Shown here: positions 1 through 9,807 of the stretch, one piece after another
How positions within the stretch are numbered: the first letter of the stretch is position 1
Layout: each line of letters opens with the position of its first letter
The notes under the pieces: model-generated
What the model was told of the DNA's origin: nothing
The model's input: the letters and a program-made list of their open reading frames with translations, nothing else
Databases searched by the model: none
Position numbers and translations under genes: made by a program
Assembly (NCBI GenBank): GCA_044229265.1
Contig: JBGATK010000002.1
Span: 15,092 to 79,091 of the forward strand
Length of the DNA: 64,000 nucleotides
DNA from: Minisyncoccia bacterium
GTDB taxonomy: Bacteria; Patescibacteriota; Minisyncoccia; Phycocordibacterales; UBA9973
Reading direction: 5' to 3'

Positions 1-121
1 TCCTTTAATCAAAAGGCTAAAACCATATCATCCCGAAATCTACAAAAATAGCTTGCTGCGAAAAAAAAGATTATTATAATTATATTATAATAGAATAGTT
101 ATTAGTAATTTTTAAAATTAT

Positions 122-1459
122 ATGGAAAACAACGAACAAAATAATATTCAAAATATAGAAGATAAAATAATAGAAGGTTTCAAACACTTTATGAAAAGTA
201 AAGACTTTCTAAGTATTTTTATTAAAAATTTACTTTCTTTTTTAATTATAATTTTAATTGCAGGTATTTTAGTATGGTATTTCCGTGCCCAAGTATTTTC
301 TTATTTTGCAAATGAGTATTTACAAAAAGAACAGACTAACGTTTCAGAAAATACTAACAGCGATACTACTGAAGATCTAAGTGAGAAAATTATTGAAAAG
401 ACTAGTATATTTACACAAGAAAGTTTTGTAATAGATGCAGTTAAAAAAACCAATCCAGCCGTAGTATCAATAGTGATTTCAAAAGAAGTTCCAAAGTATG
501 AAGCGTATTATGACAATACAAATCCTTTTAGTGATATTTTGCCAGGGTTTAATTTTGCTATTCCTCAATATAAACAAAATGGTACTGAGAAAAAACAAAT
601 AGGTGGGGGTTCTGGATTTTTAGTTTCTGCTGATGGCCTTATTGTTACAAATAAGCATGTAGTTTCAGATAAAACCGCTGAATACACTGTATTTATGAAT
701 GATGGTAAAAAGTATTCAGCTACAGTCATAGCTCGCGATAGTGTTCTCGATATAGCCCTTATTCGTATTTCTGGAGCTTCATTCCCGTATTTATCACTCG
801 GTAATTCAGACAAGCTTGAAATTGGTCAAAGTGTTATAGCTATAGGTAATGCCCTAGCAGAATATCGCAATACTGTTTCTGTAGGTGTGGTTTCAGGTCT
901 TGCTCGTAGCGTAGTCGCGGGTGATGGTTCTGGTAAAAGTGAGCTTCTAGATAAAGTTATTCAAACAGATGCTGCTATTAATCCAGGAAATTCTGGTGGA
1001 CCGCTTCTTAATTTGCATGGTCAAGTTATCGGTGTAAATGTGGCTATAGTTTCTGGTTCTCAAAACATAGGTTTTGCCTTACCAATAAATTCGGTAAAAA
1101 GTGCTATTGAATCAGTAAAGCAAACTGGTAAAATTGTCCGTCCCTATGTGGGTATTCGTTATGTGCAAATTACTGAAAATTTGAAAACAAAAAATAATTT
1201 AACAGTTGATTATGGTATTTTAGTTCAAAAAGGTGAGGGTAAAGATGAATTAGCCGTAGTGCCAGGCAGTCCTGCCCATAAAGCCGGAATCCTAGAGAAT
1301 GATATAATTTTATCTATAGATGGTACAAAACTAGAAAATGATACTTCTTTCGCTTCTATTATTCGAAGTAAAAAAGTAGGACAAAGTGTGATCTTAAAAG
1401 TATTATCTAAAGGCGTAGAAAAAAACGTTACTCTTATTCTCGAAGCTTATAAAGACTAA
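122..1459 (+). CDS. htrA: HtrA/DegP-family periplasmic serine protease (trypsin-like domain + C-terminal PDZ)
   Basis: N-terminal TM anchor; catalytic triad context TNKHVV / DIALI / GNSGGPLLN; C-terminal PDZ-like segment; full-length ORF. Confidence 0.85.
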   Translation: MENNEQNNIQNIEDKIIEGFKHFMKSKDFLSIFIKNLLSFLIIILIAGILVWYFRAQVFSYFANEYLQKEQTNVSENTNSDTTEDLSEKIIEKTSIFTQESFVIDAVKKTNPAVVSIVISKEVPKYEAYYDNTNPFSDILPGFNFAIPQYKQNGTEKKQIGGGSGFLVSADGLIVTNKHVVSDKTAEYTVFMNDGKKYSATVIARDSVLDIALIRISGASFPYLSLGNSDKLEIGQSVIAIGNALAEYRNTVSVGVVSGLARSVVAGDGSGKSELLDKVIQTDAAINPGNSGGPLLNLHGQVIGVNVAIVSGSQNIGFALPINSVKSAIESVKQTGKIVRPYVGIRYVQITENLKTKNNLTVDYGILVQKGEGKDELAVVPGSPAHKAGILENDIILSIDGTKLENDTSFASIIRSKKVGQSVILKVLSKGVEKNVTLILEAYKD

Positions 1460-2608
1460 TTATCTAACATCGCGAAGACGTAGGCTTATACATAAGCCAG
1501 CAAGTAGTATTGTCGTTAAAATAAAAAATAAATATTCTGTAGACGGTAAAAATAAGAGGAATAAGGAACCTAGAGCCGGGGCCACTACAAATGAAAATGG
1601 GTAAATATTTTTGAAAAAAGAAATTTCATCTACATTTTCCTCGTCTACAATTTTAAAGAAATATATTTCACTCATAGTTTCTATAATAGCAGCTCCGACG
1701 CGTGTTATAAATAAAACACTAGCAAAAATTAATACTGACGGTGTTTTTAAAAAGGGAATAGTAAATGTAGAAAGTGCAATGATAGTGAATCCTATAAGTA
1801 GCATTTTACGTTCACCGATTTTATCTGAAAGTCTGCCTAGTGGGTAGGATAGTAATACAAAGGGCAGTAGCATTATAGAAAAAATAAATCCAATTTTATC
1901 CCAAGAAAAACCAATAATTTGGTTTAAATATATTGGCGTGTAAATAACCATCCAAGCAAAAAAGAAACGTAAAATAAAACTAATCAAGTATATTTTGCTA
2001 GCTTTTTTATTTTGCAAAAAATACATTAAGGTTTTCTTTAGTGAGATTTTTTTATATTTTGGATCACGAAAATGATTAAATAAGAATACAAAAACCAATA
2101 TCATTAAGACTATAAATAGGCTTGAGAAAATGTAAATTCCATTGAAAGAACTTTTAGCGATAATTGAGCCGGAAATCATTTGGGCTATGACCCAAGACAA
2201 GTTGACGCAAGTTAAATAAATACCTCGAATTTTTCCAGTAGAAATGTTTTTTGAAAAGTCTTCTACAAAGATATCTAAACTAGCTAGTATAATATCAGTG
2301 CAAATAAAAAATAAAGTAAAACTAGTAAGTATTAAAAAATAATTTTTAAAGAATGCTATAGAGAGTAATGATAGTATTGCAAGTGTAGAGCAAAATAACA
2401 TCACTTTTTTATTGCCATATTTACTCAAATATTTTGGCATTTTTATGAGACATATGATAGCCAAAATAGAAGCAAATGCATAGAAAATACCTATTTCTCC
2501 CGCAGTTAAATATTCTTTGAGATAACTCGAATTTACATATGAAGTAAGAGCGAGCGGTATCGAGAAAAGAAATCCCGCGAGGAATATGATTCTTCTTTTG
2601 TGTTGCAT
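1460..2608 (-). CDS. MFS-type multi-pass membrane transporter
   Basis: 382 aa, ~12 hydrophobic segments, no soluble domains; MFS-like topology. Confidence 0.55.
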   Translation of the reverse strand: MQHKRRIIFLAGFLFSIPLALTSYVNSSYLKEYLTAGEIGIFYAFASILAIICLIKMPKYLSKYGNKKVMLFCSTLAILSLLSIAFFKNYFLILTSFTLFFICTDIILASLDIFVEDFSKNISTGKIRGIYLTCVNLSWVIAQMISGSIIAKSSFNGIYIFSSLFIVLMILVFVFLFNHFRDPKYKKISLKKTLMYFLQNKKASKIYLISFILRFFFAWMVIYTPIYLNQIIGFSWDKIGFIFSIMLLPFVLLSYPLGRLSDKIGERKMLLIGFTIIALSTFTIPFLKTPSVLIFASVLFITRVGAAIIETMSEIYFFKIVDEENVDEISFFKNIYPFSFVVAPALGSLFLLFLPSTEYLFFILTTILLAGLCISLRLRDVR

Positions 2609-2620
2609 TATTATATTATA

Positions 2621-4561
2621 CTATACGCTAGTGATTACCGGTATCACCAAAGGACGCTTTCCTGTTTTTTGAAATAAGAATTTAGAAATATTTTCACCGA
2701 GTCCAGCTTTAATATTATCAAAATCCATATTGTCTTTGGGCATAGGGCCTTGTTCGATACCTTTTCTGATCATCATACGAACTTCACGAAGCAAGTCTTG
2801 ATTTTCTTTTAGATATACGAATCCACGAGATATGAGGTCAGGAGATTTTTTTAATTTACCAGTTTTCTGGTCAATTATAGCCATGATTACAAACATACCA
2901 TCTTGAGCCAGCATTTGACGATCACGAATTACCACATCTTGCACATCAGAAATGGCGAGGCCATCTACCATCATCAGTCCCGCTGGGGCTTTTTCTTTGC
3001 GTTTATGAATATGATTCCCATCAGCAGAGATTTCTATTATCGAACCATTGTCCGGCACTACTATATTTTCTTCACTCATGCCTACTTCCATTGCGAGTTC
3101 TTTGTGTAATTGCAAATGATAATGGTGGCCGTGAATAGGTATAAAGAATTTTGGATGGGTTTTTCTGTGTAGCCATTTTATGTCTTCTTTGTTTCCGTGA
3201 CCTGTAGCGTGCACAAAATCTTCGCCAGATGTTCGATAACTAATTACTCGCACTCCTTGACGAGCGAGCCCGTCTTTCATTCTTTGCACTGCGCGTTCAT
3301 TACCAGGCACGATAGATGCAGAGAGCACTATGGTATCATTTTTATGTAAGGTAAATTTTGCATGGCTTTTATTTGCAGCACGGTTGAGCGCAGCAAATTC
3401 TTCACCTTGCGCACCAGTCATTAGAATGATGACTTTGTTTGGAGGATATTTATCCACGTCTTCAATAGGAATAATAGTTCCTTTTTTAGGGACGAAATAA
3501 TTCGCTTCTATGGCAACTTCGATATTTGTTTTCATGCTACGTCCTTCCAAGGCTACTTTTTTATCAAAGGCTTCAGCTATTTTGACTACATGAGCAAGGC
3601 GAGTAATGTGTGATGCAAAAGCCGCGATGATCATGCGACCATTTATTCTTTTGATCAAATTCTCGAGTCCTTGATGCACTTTTACTTCTGGTAATGAATA
3701 GCCTTCATTTTCGACATTTGTAGAATCAGTCATTAATAGTAATACTTTTTCTTTATCAAAAATAGAATATTCTTTTTCTTCTTCTTTGGAAACTATGCCA
3801 TCCATGTGATCTAGCTTGTAGTCGCCTGGAGTTACAATTACTCCATGAGGAGTTTCTATGATTATTCCCATAGAATCAGGTATAGTGTGAGTCACACCAA
3901 AGAATCGCACACGGATATTTCCGCAAGTAATGACATCATTTTTCTCAACGATATTTTCTTTCATTGCTGGAAGCTGAGGAAATTCTGCTTGACGCTTGCG
4001 CATAAGTAGTATCGAAAGATTACGTGAATATACTGGTGGGTTGCCTATGCGTGATAATACCACTGGCACACCACCTATGTGATCTAAGTGTCCGTGAGTT
4101 ATGAACATAGCGCGGATTTTATCTTTACGTTCTTCGAGGTAAGTAGTATTTGGTATTACGTAATCTACCCCTGGAGTTTCTTCGTTAGAAAAGTGCATAC
4201 CAGCATCGATGACTATGATATCATCACCGATTTCTATTGCTGTCATATTTTTTCCTATTTCTTCTACGCCACCTAGCGGTATAATACGCACTACACCCGG
4301 AGCTACCGGAGGAATATTGCTAACTGGTTCTTTTTTAGTAAATTTTGGGAAGCGTGGAGGCATGCGTCCGCCACCTTTTTTCACATATTGAAAAGTAGAA
4401 CCTTTTTGTTTTTTCTTGCCACCATCATTATGGTGCATTTTTTTATGTTCAACTTTTTCTCCATTATTTTGTTCATGAACTGGTTTTGGTCCGTGATCTT
4501 TTACTTCTGTTTTTTTATTATCTGCATACATAGCAGTAAAGGAAACTCTGTTTTTTCTCAT
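2621..4561 (-). CDS. rnj: Ribonuclease J (metallo-beta-lactamase/beta-CASP) with ~100 aa Lys/His-rich N-terminal extension
   Basis: RIIPLGGVEEIGKNMTAIE start motif, HGHLDHIGG zinc motif, beta-CASP region; basic low-complexity N-terminus. Confidence 0.85.
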   Translation of the reverse strand: MRKNRVSFTAMYADNKKTEVKDHGPKPVHEQNNGEKVEHKKMHHNDGGKKKQKGSTFQYVKKGGGRMPPRFPKFTKKEPVSNIPPVAPGVVRIIPLGGVEEIGKNMTAIEIGDDIIVIDAGMHFSNEETPGVDYVIPNTTYLEERKDKIRAMFITHGHLDHIGGVPVVLSRIGNPPVYSRNLSILLMRKRQAEFPQLPAMKENIVEKNDVITCGNIRVRFFGVTHTIPDSMGIIIETPHGVIVTPGDYKLDHMDGIVSKEEEKEYSIFDKEKVLLLMTDSTNVENEGYSLPEVKVHQGLENLIKRINGRMIIAAFASHITRLAHVVKIAEAFDKKVALEGRSMKTNIEVAIEANYFVPKKGTIIPIEDVDKYPPNKVIILMTGAQGEEFAALNRAANKSHAKFTLHKNDTIVLSASIVPGNERAVQRMKDGLARQGVRVISYRTSGEDFVHATGHGNKEDIKWLHRKTHPKFFIPIHGHHYHLQLHKELAMEVGMSEENIVVPDNGSIIEISADGNHIHKRKEKAPAGLMMVDGLAISDVQDVVIRDRQMLAQDGMFVIMAIIDQKTGKLKKSPDLISRGFVYLKENQDLLREVRMMIRKGIEQGPMPKDNMDFDNIKAGLGENISKFLFQKTGKRPLVIPVITSV

Positions 4562-4634
4562 TTTTTTATTTCCACCGCCGTAGCGGGGTAAGTTATTTAA
4601 TAATAGTTAATAATATTTTTTTAGTTTTTTATTT

Positions 4635-4678
4635 GGCCCCGACGATTCTATCGGGATCCCGACCTATTGCGTCGGGGC
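4635..4678. repeat. GC-rich nested palindrome (GCCCCGACG...TCGGGATCCCGA...CGTCGGGGC), copy 1 of a 3-member family; likely terminator for upstream SBP gene
   Basis: 9-bp perfect outer inverted repeat enclosing perfect 12-bp palindrome TCGGGATCCCGA; related copies at 38526-38570 and 51188-51227. Confidence 0.7.
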
Positions 4679-6421
4679 AAAAATTTTCCAAATATTGTCG
4701 ACTTGTGTGTACCATAAATATACTGAATTAAATCTATCTTCTGGTGAAGAAATATTTTCGATATTTACACCTTGTAAATTGTTTTTTGCAATATAAATGA
4801 ATTTTGGACTATATAGGAATACAGCTGGCAAGTCTTTCTTTATTTCATTTTCAAACTCTGCGTATTTTTTCGCTCTTTGGTTTTCATCGATAGTTATAGC
4901 TGTTTCTTCTAAAATTTTATCTACTTTAGCATTGGTATATACAGCTACATTGAGCCCAGGATCTTTGCGCTGCGATGAATGCCAAAAAGCAAAAAGGTCA
5001 GATTCGTGGGTAATAATTTGCCCAAATAACAATGCGTCATAATTTCGCGGGCGGATAACTGTTTGGTTTAAATTACCGATTTCAAAAGTTAAAATATTTA
5101 CCTTTATTCCTACTTTTTCAAGATCAGCTTTTATAAGTTCGGCAGATTTTGCGAGCTCAGGTGCATTGCCAGTAGAAATAGTGAATTCTAATTTTTGTGT
5201 ATTTTTCTTTTTATTTTTATCAGTAATGGTTTTTTCTAATATACCATCTTCTCCAAGTTTCCAGCCATCTTTTGCTAAAATTTCTTTAGCTAGGATTTGA
5301 TTTTCTTCTTTACTAGTATTGTCTTCTTTGTCCAACGTTTGGTAGGGAATTAGGTTTTGAGGAATAGGGTTGTCTATAGCGACACCATAACCATATAAAA
5401 CAGAGCTAACAATTTTGTCTTTATTTATAGCTTTGTTTATAGCATTTACTACATTTTTATTTGTGAAAATCTGATTTTGATTTTGATTAAAGAAAATTCC
5501 AAAAATTCTAGGTAGAACTGAAGTATGAGTATTCAGGCGTTCGGCTATACCAATAGCATTTTCAGCAGATATGGATGCGATTTGATCTATCGAGCCACCT
5601 TCGAGAGCACTAAGTGCATCTTTTTCATTGTCGTAAAATTTCAGAGTGATGTTTTTTAAATACGGTTTACCCAGTGCAAATTTTTTAAATGCTTTTAGGG
5701 TAATAGAACTTACATTACCATTACTTATTTTACTTACATTATTTATCATAAAAGGTCCTGATCCTACAGCATTTATATTTGCATCGCTAAGCTCAATGGT
5801 AGTATTTTCCCAAATATGTTTAGGCAAAATTCCTAGTGTGGTGTTTTCGAGGAATGCTACGAAAGGTTGCTTTAATGTAAATTCTATAGTTTTTTCATCA
5901 ATTTTTTTTACACTCACTCCATCCCAGGAACCTTTGTATGGACTCTTTAATATAGGATCTTTGATTTGTTCTATGGTGAATAATATATCTTCAGTGGTTA
6001 TGGGTTTATTGTCATGAAAATAAATTTCGTCTTTAAGTGTAAAAGTATACACCAAACCATCTTTGGAAATAGTATAGCCTTTAGCTAAATCCGGAATTAT
6101 TTCACCATTTTGTGATCTGCGCATAAGTCCAGAATATACCAGGGCAACCATATCTTTATCAGCTTCGGTTAAGGCCAAGCTCGGGTTTATGAATCTAGGC
6201 GAACCTACTATGCCTTCTGTAATATTTCCACCAGGAGATGCTACGGGCACCATAAAATGTTGATTTATGTTTTGTAGTATTGCTAGTGTGCTGATAAATA
6301 GAATTAAAATAAAAGCCAAAAATATATTCCACTCTTTTTTATTAAAAGAAAAAATAGCGGATTTTATCTCTGTGCGAGTAGGTATCTTGATATGTTTTAT
6401 TAAATTAAAAAAGTTTTGCAT
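4664..6421 (-). CDS. ABC transporter substrate-binding protein, family 5 (oligopeptide/nickel type)
   Basis: 585 aa, N-terminal TM/signal, SBP_bac_5-like length and composition. Confidence 0.6.
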   Translation of the reverse strand: MQNFFNLIKHIKIPTRTEIKSAIFSFNKKEWNIFLAFILILFISTLAILQNINQHFMVPVASPGGNITEGIVGSPRFINPSLALTEADKDMVALVYSGLMRRSQNGEIIPDLAKGYTISKDGLVYTFTLKDEIYFHDNKPITTEDILFTIEQIKDPILKSPYKGSWDGVSVKKIDEKTIEFTLKQPFVAFLENTTLGILPKHIWENTTIELSDANINAVGSGPFMINNVSKISNGNVSSITLKAFKKFALGKPYLKNITLKFYDNEKDALSALEGGSIDQIASISAENAIGIAERLNTHTSVLPRIFGIFFNQNQNQIFTNKNVVNAINKAINKDKIVSSVLYGYGVAIDNPIPQNLIPYQTLDKEDNTSKEENQILAKEILAKDGWKLGEDGILEKTITDKNKKKNTQKLEFTISTGNAPELAKSAELIKADLEKVGIKVNILTFEIGNLNQTVIRPRNYDALLFGQIITHESDLFAFWHSSQRKDPGLNVAVYTNAKVDKILEETAITIDENQRAKKYAEFENEIKKDLPAVFLYSPKFIYIAKNNLQGVNIENISSPEDRFNSVYLWYTQVDNIWKIFAPTQ

Positions 6422-6459
6422 AAGAGAAAATAATTTAAAGATTTTGAGTCTTTAAGTAT

Positions 6460-6693
6460 TTATCTAAGTATTATAGCAGTGAGTGCTACCCCGGCAAAAA
6501 GTATTGCGCAAACAATAGACAAATAAAAAAGGAATTTTTCAAAACCACGACGAGTGCTATAAAAGGTAGAGCTGTCGCCCGCACCAAGTGCGCCTCCGGC
6601 TCCTGAGCCTGAAGTTTGAAGTAGTATAGACAATATAAGTATGACTGAAAGGATTATTTCTGCGTAAGGCAGAATCTGTTTGATTAGATCCAT
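6460..6693 (-). CDS. secG: Preprotein translocase subunit SecG
   Basis: 77 aa, two TM segments flanking Gly-rich LLQTSGSGAGGALGAG motif typical of SecG. Confidence 0.7.
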   Translation of the reverse strand: MDLIKQILPYAEIILSVILILSILLQTSGSGAGGALGAGDSSTFYSTRRGFEKFLFYLSIVCAILFAGVALTAIILR

Positions 6694-6942
6694 ACGAGGT
6701 ATTATTGCATAAAAGCTTTAAAAAGGCAAACAAATCCTAAATTATAGTTGAAATAGGGAAGAGTGCCCGGCTTTTTGCATAGCAAAAAGCCGGGCACGAT
6801 ACACACTTGACTTTTTGTCAAATAGATGCTAGTGTGAGCCCGTAAGTTGGTCCTTGAAAAACAAGTTAAAAGTATTGTTATTTTTGCCCGGAGGCTATCT
6901 TGGCAGAAATAACAATATTCTTTAACTTAAAAACAAAAAATT

Positions 6943-8313
6943 ATGACAGATTTTCTTTCAAACATTGGAGGACTACTACCTGTAGTTGGTTTTCTGGTAT
7001 TGATTTTTTTAATGCTTATTATTTCTTTTATGTTTCGTATAGTTGTACCAACAAACATGGTACATACTGTGCAATCAAGTAAAAAAACCACTTCCTACGG
7101 CACTGGACAAAGTTCCGGAAACGTTTATTACAAATGGCCGAGCTGGCTCCCTTTAATAGGTGTCACTACCGTTAAATTGCCAGTTAGCAATTTTGATTTA
7201 AGCTTCAAGGACTATGAATCTTACGATAAAGATCGTGTACCGTTTGTCCTTGATATTACAGCATTTTTTAGAATTGCTGATACAAACAAAGCAGCAGAGA
7301 GAGTGTCCAGTATTGATGAGTTGCACATACAGCTTAAGTCAATAATTCAGGGCGCTGTAAGAAAAATCTTAGCTTCGCATGACATAAATGCAATTATGAC
7401 CGATCGAGCTACATTTGGTGATCAATTCACAAATGAAGTAAAAAATGAATTGGCTAATTGGGGGGTAGAGCCGGTTAAGAACATAGAGCTTATGGATATG
7501 AGAGATTCTAGAGGCTCTACTGTGATTTCAGACATTATGGCCAAAAAGAGCTCTTTCATAACTATGGAGAGTCGTATAGAAGTTGCTAATAATAATCAAA
7601 AGGCGAAGGTAGCTGAAATTGAAGCTCAGCAGACTGTTGATCTTCGTGAGCAAGTAGCCCAGGAATTTGTAGGCAAGCGTACTGCGGAAAAAGAAAAAGC
7701 TGTAGGAATTGCTGTAGAACAATCTCAACAAGAGATTAAGACACAAGAAGCGATAACTATGGACAAAGAAAAATCTGTTGAGAAGATTAAGCAAGTGCGA
7801 GATGCTGAAATTCAAAAAGAGGCAAACGTAGTAAAAGCAAACCAAGACAAGGAGGTAGCAATTCTTGAAGCTGAGGGAAAATTGCAAGCTACAAAACTTA
7901 CTGCTGAAGGTATTGAAGCTACTGGTAAAGCGGAAGGGGAAGCAGAAAAAGCAAAACAATTGGCTCCAGTACAAGCACAGATTGAGCTTGCAAAGGAAAT
8001 TGGTAAAAACCAAGAATACCAAAACTATTTAGTTTTGCTTGAATTTGCAAAAGTTTATGAAAAGGTTGGTACTGAACAAGCCAAAGCTCTTCAAGAAGCT
8101 GATGTTAAAATCATAGCTAATGGAGGTACTGCACCTGAAGGAATGAAGGGTGCACTTGATCTTTTTAGTTCTAACGGCGGTACTGCAATAGGATCAATGC
8201 TTGAAGCAATTGCCAACACACCACAAGGTGCGAAACTTTTCGAAAAAATGAGTGGTTTGTTAGGAAATAAAAGTCTTTCTGCAAACATAGCTTCTAAAGA
8301 AGCTGAAAAATAA
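6943..8313 (+). CDS. Flotillin-like SPFH/band-7 domain protein
   Basis: N-terminal TM, SPFH domain, long Glu/Ala/Lys-rich coiled-coil (EA repeats) typical of bacterial flotillins (FloT/YuaG). Confidence 0.8.
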   Translation: MTDFLSNIGGLLPVVGFLVLIFLMLIISFMFRIVVPTNMVHTVQSSKKTTSYGTGQSSGNVYYKWPSWLPLIGVTTVKLPVSNFDLSFKDYESYDKDRVPFVLDITAFFRIADTNKAAERVSSIDELHIQLKSIIQGAVRKILASHDINAIMTDRATFGDQFTNEVKNELANWGVEPVKNIELMDMRDSRGSTVISDIMAKKSSFITMESRIEVANNNQKAKVAEIEAQQTVDLREQVAQEFVGKRTAEKEKAVGIAVEQSQQEIKTQEAITMDKEKSVEKIKQVRDAEIQKEANVVKANQDKEVAILEAEGKLQATKLTAEGIEATGKAEGEAEKAKQLAPVQAQIELAKEIGKNQEYQNYLVLLEFAKVYEKVGTEQAKALQEADVKIIANGGTAPEGMKGALDLFSSNGGTAIGSMLEAIANTPQGAKLFEKMSGLLGNKSLSANIASKEAEK

Positions 8314-8330
8314 TTAATCGGTTTTAAACC

Positions 8331-8367
8331 GGACCCGGAGCATAAAGATGTTTCGGGTTTTTTTATT
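8331..8367 (+). terminator. putative rho-independent terminator after flotillin gene
   Basis: hairpin acccggag...tttcggg followed by T7 run. Confidence 0.45.
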
Positions 8368-8385
8368 TCCTTTTTATTTTTTTAG

Positions 8386-8595
8386 GTGTATATTATAGAT
8401 AAATCAAATTGTTGTATTATGGATAAAATAGTAGATGTGTTTAGACCTCAAATTGAAAGTATTTTGAACTACGTTAGCGCGTATGTTTCAAAAGAAGATC
8501 TGATAGTTCTCTCAGCTTTTTCCTTAATGTTTATTTTGGTTGGGATAGTTGTATATTTTTTTACCAAAATACACATTTTTGAAAACAAAAAATAG
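8386..8595 (+). CDS. small hypothetical membrane protein
   Basis: 69 aa ORF with one C-terminal TM helix; followed by strong terminator. Confidence 0.3.
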   Translation: MYIIDKSNCCIMDKIVDVFRPQIESILNYVSAYVSKEDLIVLSAFSLMFILVGIVVYFFTKIHIFENKK

Positions 8596-8616
8596 AGAAT
8601 ATGATCTTACTTTTCA

Positions 8617-8662
8617 AAAAGCTGTATAGCTACATTTGTAGCACAGTATACAGCTTTTTTTA
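8617..8662 (+). terminator. rho-independent terminator
   Basis: stem agctgtata/tatacagct with inner hairpin gctacatttgtagc, then T7. Confidence 0.65.
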
Positions 8663-8731
8663 TTTACAATAATCATAAACAATATATAATAATAACATTA
8701 AGATTTAAAAGAAATTAAAGATTATAAAATT

Positions 8732-9715
8732 ATGCAAACACTAGATTTATTTAAGAAATTATTCCACAACTTTAATGCGCGAAGTATGAAGGATGCGACT
8801 ATTAGTTATATAGAGCATTTGGATAAAGGAGGCAAGATGATGCTGGCTATGGGCGGGGCTATGAGCTCGGCTCAGATGGGGGTCACGCTCGCGCCAATGA
8901 TTAAGAATGATAAAATCCATGCTATCTCTTGCACAGGGGCGAATTTAGAAGAATCAGTTTTCCGCCTTGTGGCACACAGTCATTATAAAGATTATCCTGA
9001 TTACAGATATTTTACAAAAGAGGATGACACAGCAATACTTGAGCGAGGTGAAAGGCGCGTTACCGACACTAGTATTCCCGAAGAAGAAGCATTCCGCGTG
9101 GTAGAGCCTATTATCTTAAAAAGATGGAAAGAGGCGCAGGCGAAAGGCGAGAGGTATTTTCCGCATGAATACTTTTATCAAATATTACTTTCTGGCGAGC
9201 TGAATGAATATTTCGATGGTGATGAAAATGCTTGTTGGCTCCTCGAAGCTGCCAAGAAAAATTTACCGATAGTGGTGCCAGGTTGGGAAGATTCTACCCT
9301 TGGAAATATTTTTGCTGGCTATTGTAAAGCAGGGGAAATATCGCCGTCTATCATGAAGTCTGGCGTAGAATATATGATGTATCTTTATGATCGTTATCAA
9401 GAATTATCTGTGGGTGGAGCGGGATTAGGATTTTTCCAAATAGGTGGAGGTATTTCTGGAGACTTCCCGATATGTGTCGTGCCTTCCATAAAGTATGATC
9501 TCAAAAAAGAAGTTCGTCCATGGGGATACTTCTGCCAGATTTCAGACAGTACTACATCATACGGTTCATACTCAGGTGCTACTCCAAACGAAAAAATCAC
9601 TTGGGATAAACTCACCAAAGATACCCCGATGTTTGTCATCGAGTCCGATGCTACTATCGTGGCACCTCTCATATTCGAAGCTGTATTAAATAGATACGAA
9701 ATTACAGAGAAATAA
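8732..9715 (+). CDS. deoxyhypusine synthase-like protein (DHS family)
   Basis: AMGGAMSSAQ...ISCTGANLEE and GGGISGDFP segments resemble DHS NAD-binding motifs (TTAGGVEED / GGGxxKHH); family call tentative. Confidence 0.45.
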   Translation: MQTLDLFKKLFHNFNARSMKDATISYIEHLDKGGKMMLAMGGAMSSAQMGVTLAPMIKNDKIHAISCTGANLEESVFRLVAHSHYKDYPDYRYFTKEDDTAILERGERRVTDTSIPEEEAFRVVEPIILKRWKEAQAKGERYFPHEYFYQILLSGELNEYFDGDENACWLLEAAKKNLPIVVPGWEDSTLGNIFAGYCKAGEISPSIMKSGVEYMMYLYDRYQELSVGGAGLGFFQIGGGISGDFPICVVPSIKYDLKKEVRPWGYFCQISDSTTSYGSYSGATPNEKITWDKLTKDTPMFVIESDATIVAPLIFEAVLNRYEITEK

Positions 9716-9745
9716 ATTTTCTAAAAAACCTTACAATATAAAGCA

Positions 9746-9805
9746 AAATTTGTGCGAGGTCTTGCCTCGCACAAATTGTTTGAGTAAGATCTTGCCTTAC
9801 TCAAA
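9746..9805. terminator. two tandem hairpins between convergent genes (bidirectional terminator); first hairpin is a repeated element
   Basis: aaatttgtgcgagg-tcttg-cctcgcacaaatt then ttgagtaag-atcttgc-cttactcaa; core 25 nt identical to hairpin at 31856-31892. Confidence 0.7.
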
Positions 9806-9807
9806 AT

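Noticed and set aside
565-813. minus-strand 82-aa ORF inside htrA
   Set aside because: fully embedded antisense within a well-supported protease gene; no independent signals
1611-1847. plus-strand 78-aa ORF antisense to MFS transporter
   Set aside because: embedded in a confident membrane-protein gene; low-complexity translation
7528-8022. 164-aa minus-strand ORF antisense to flotillin
   Set aside because: Phe/Leu/Ser-rich translation typical of antisense reading of an AT-rich coiled-coil gene
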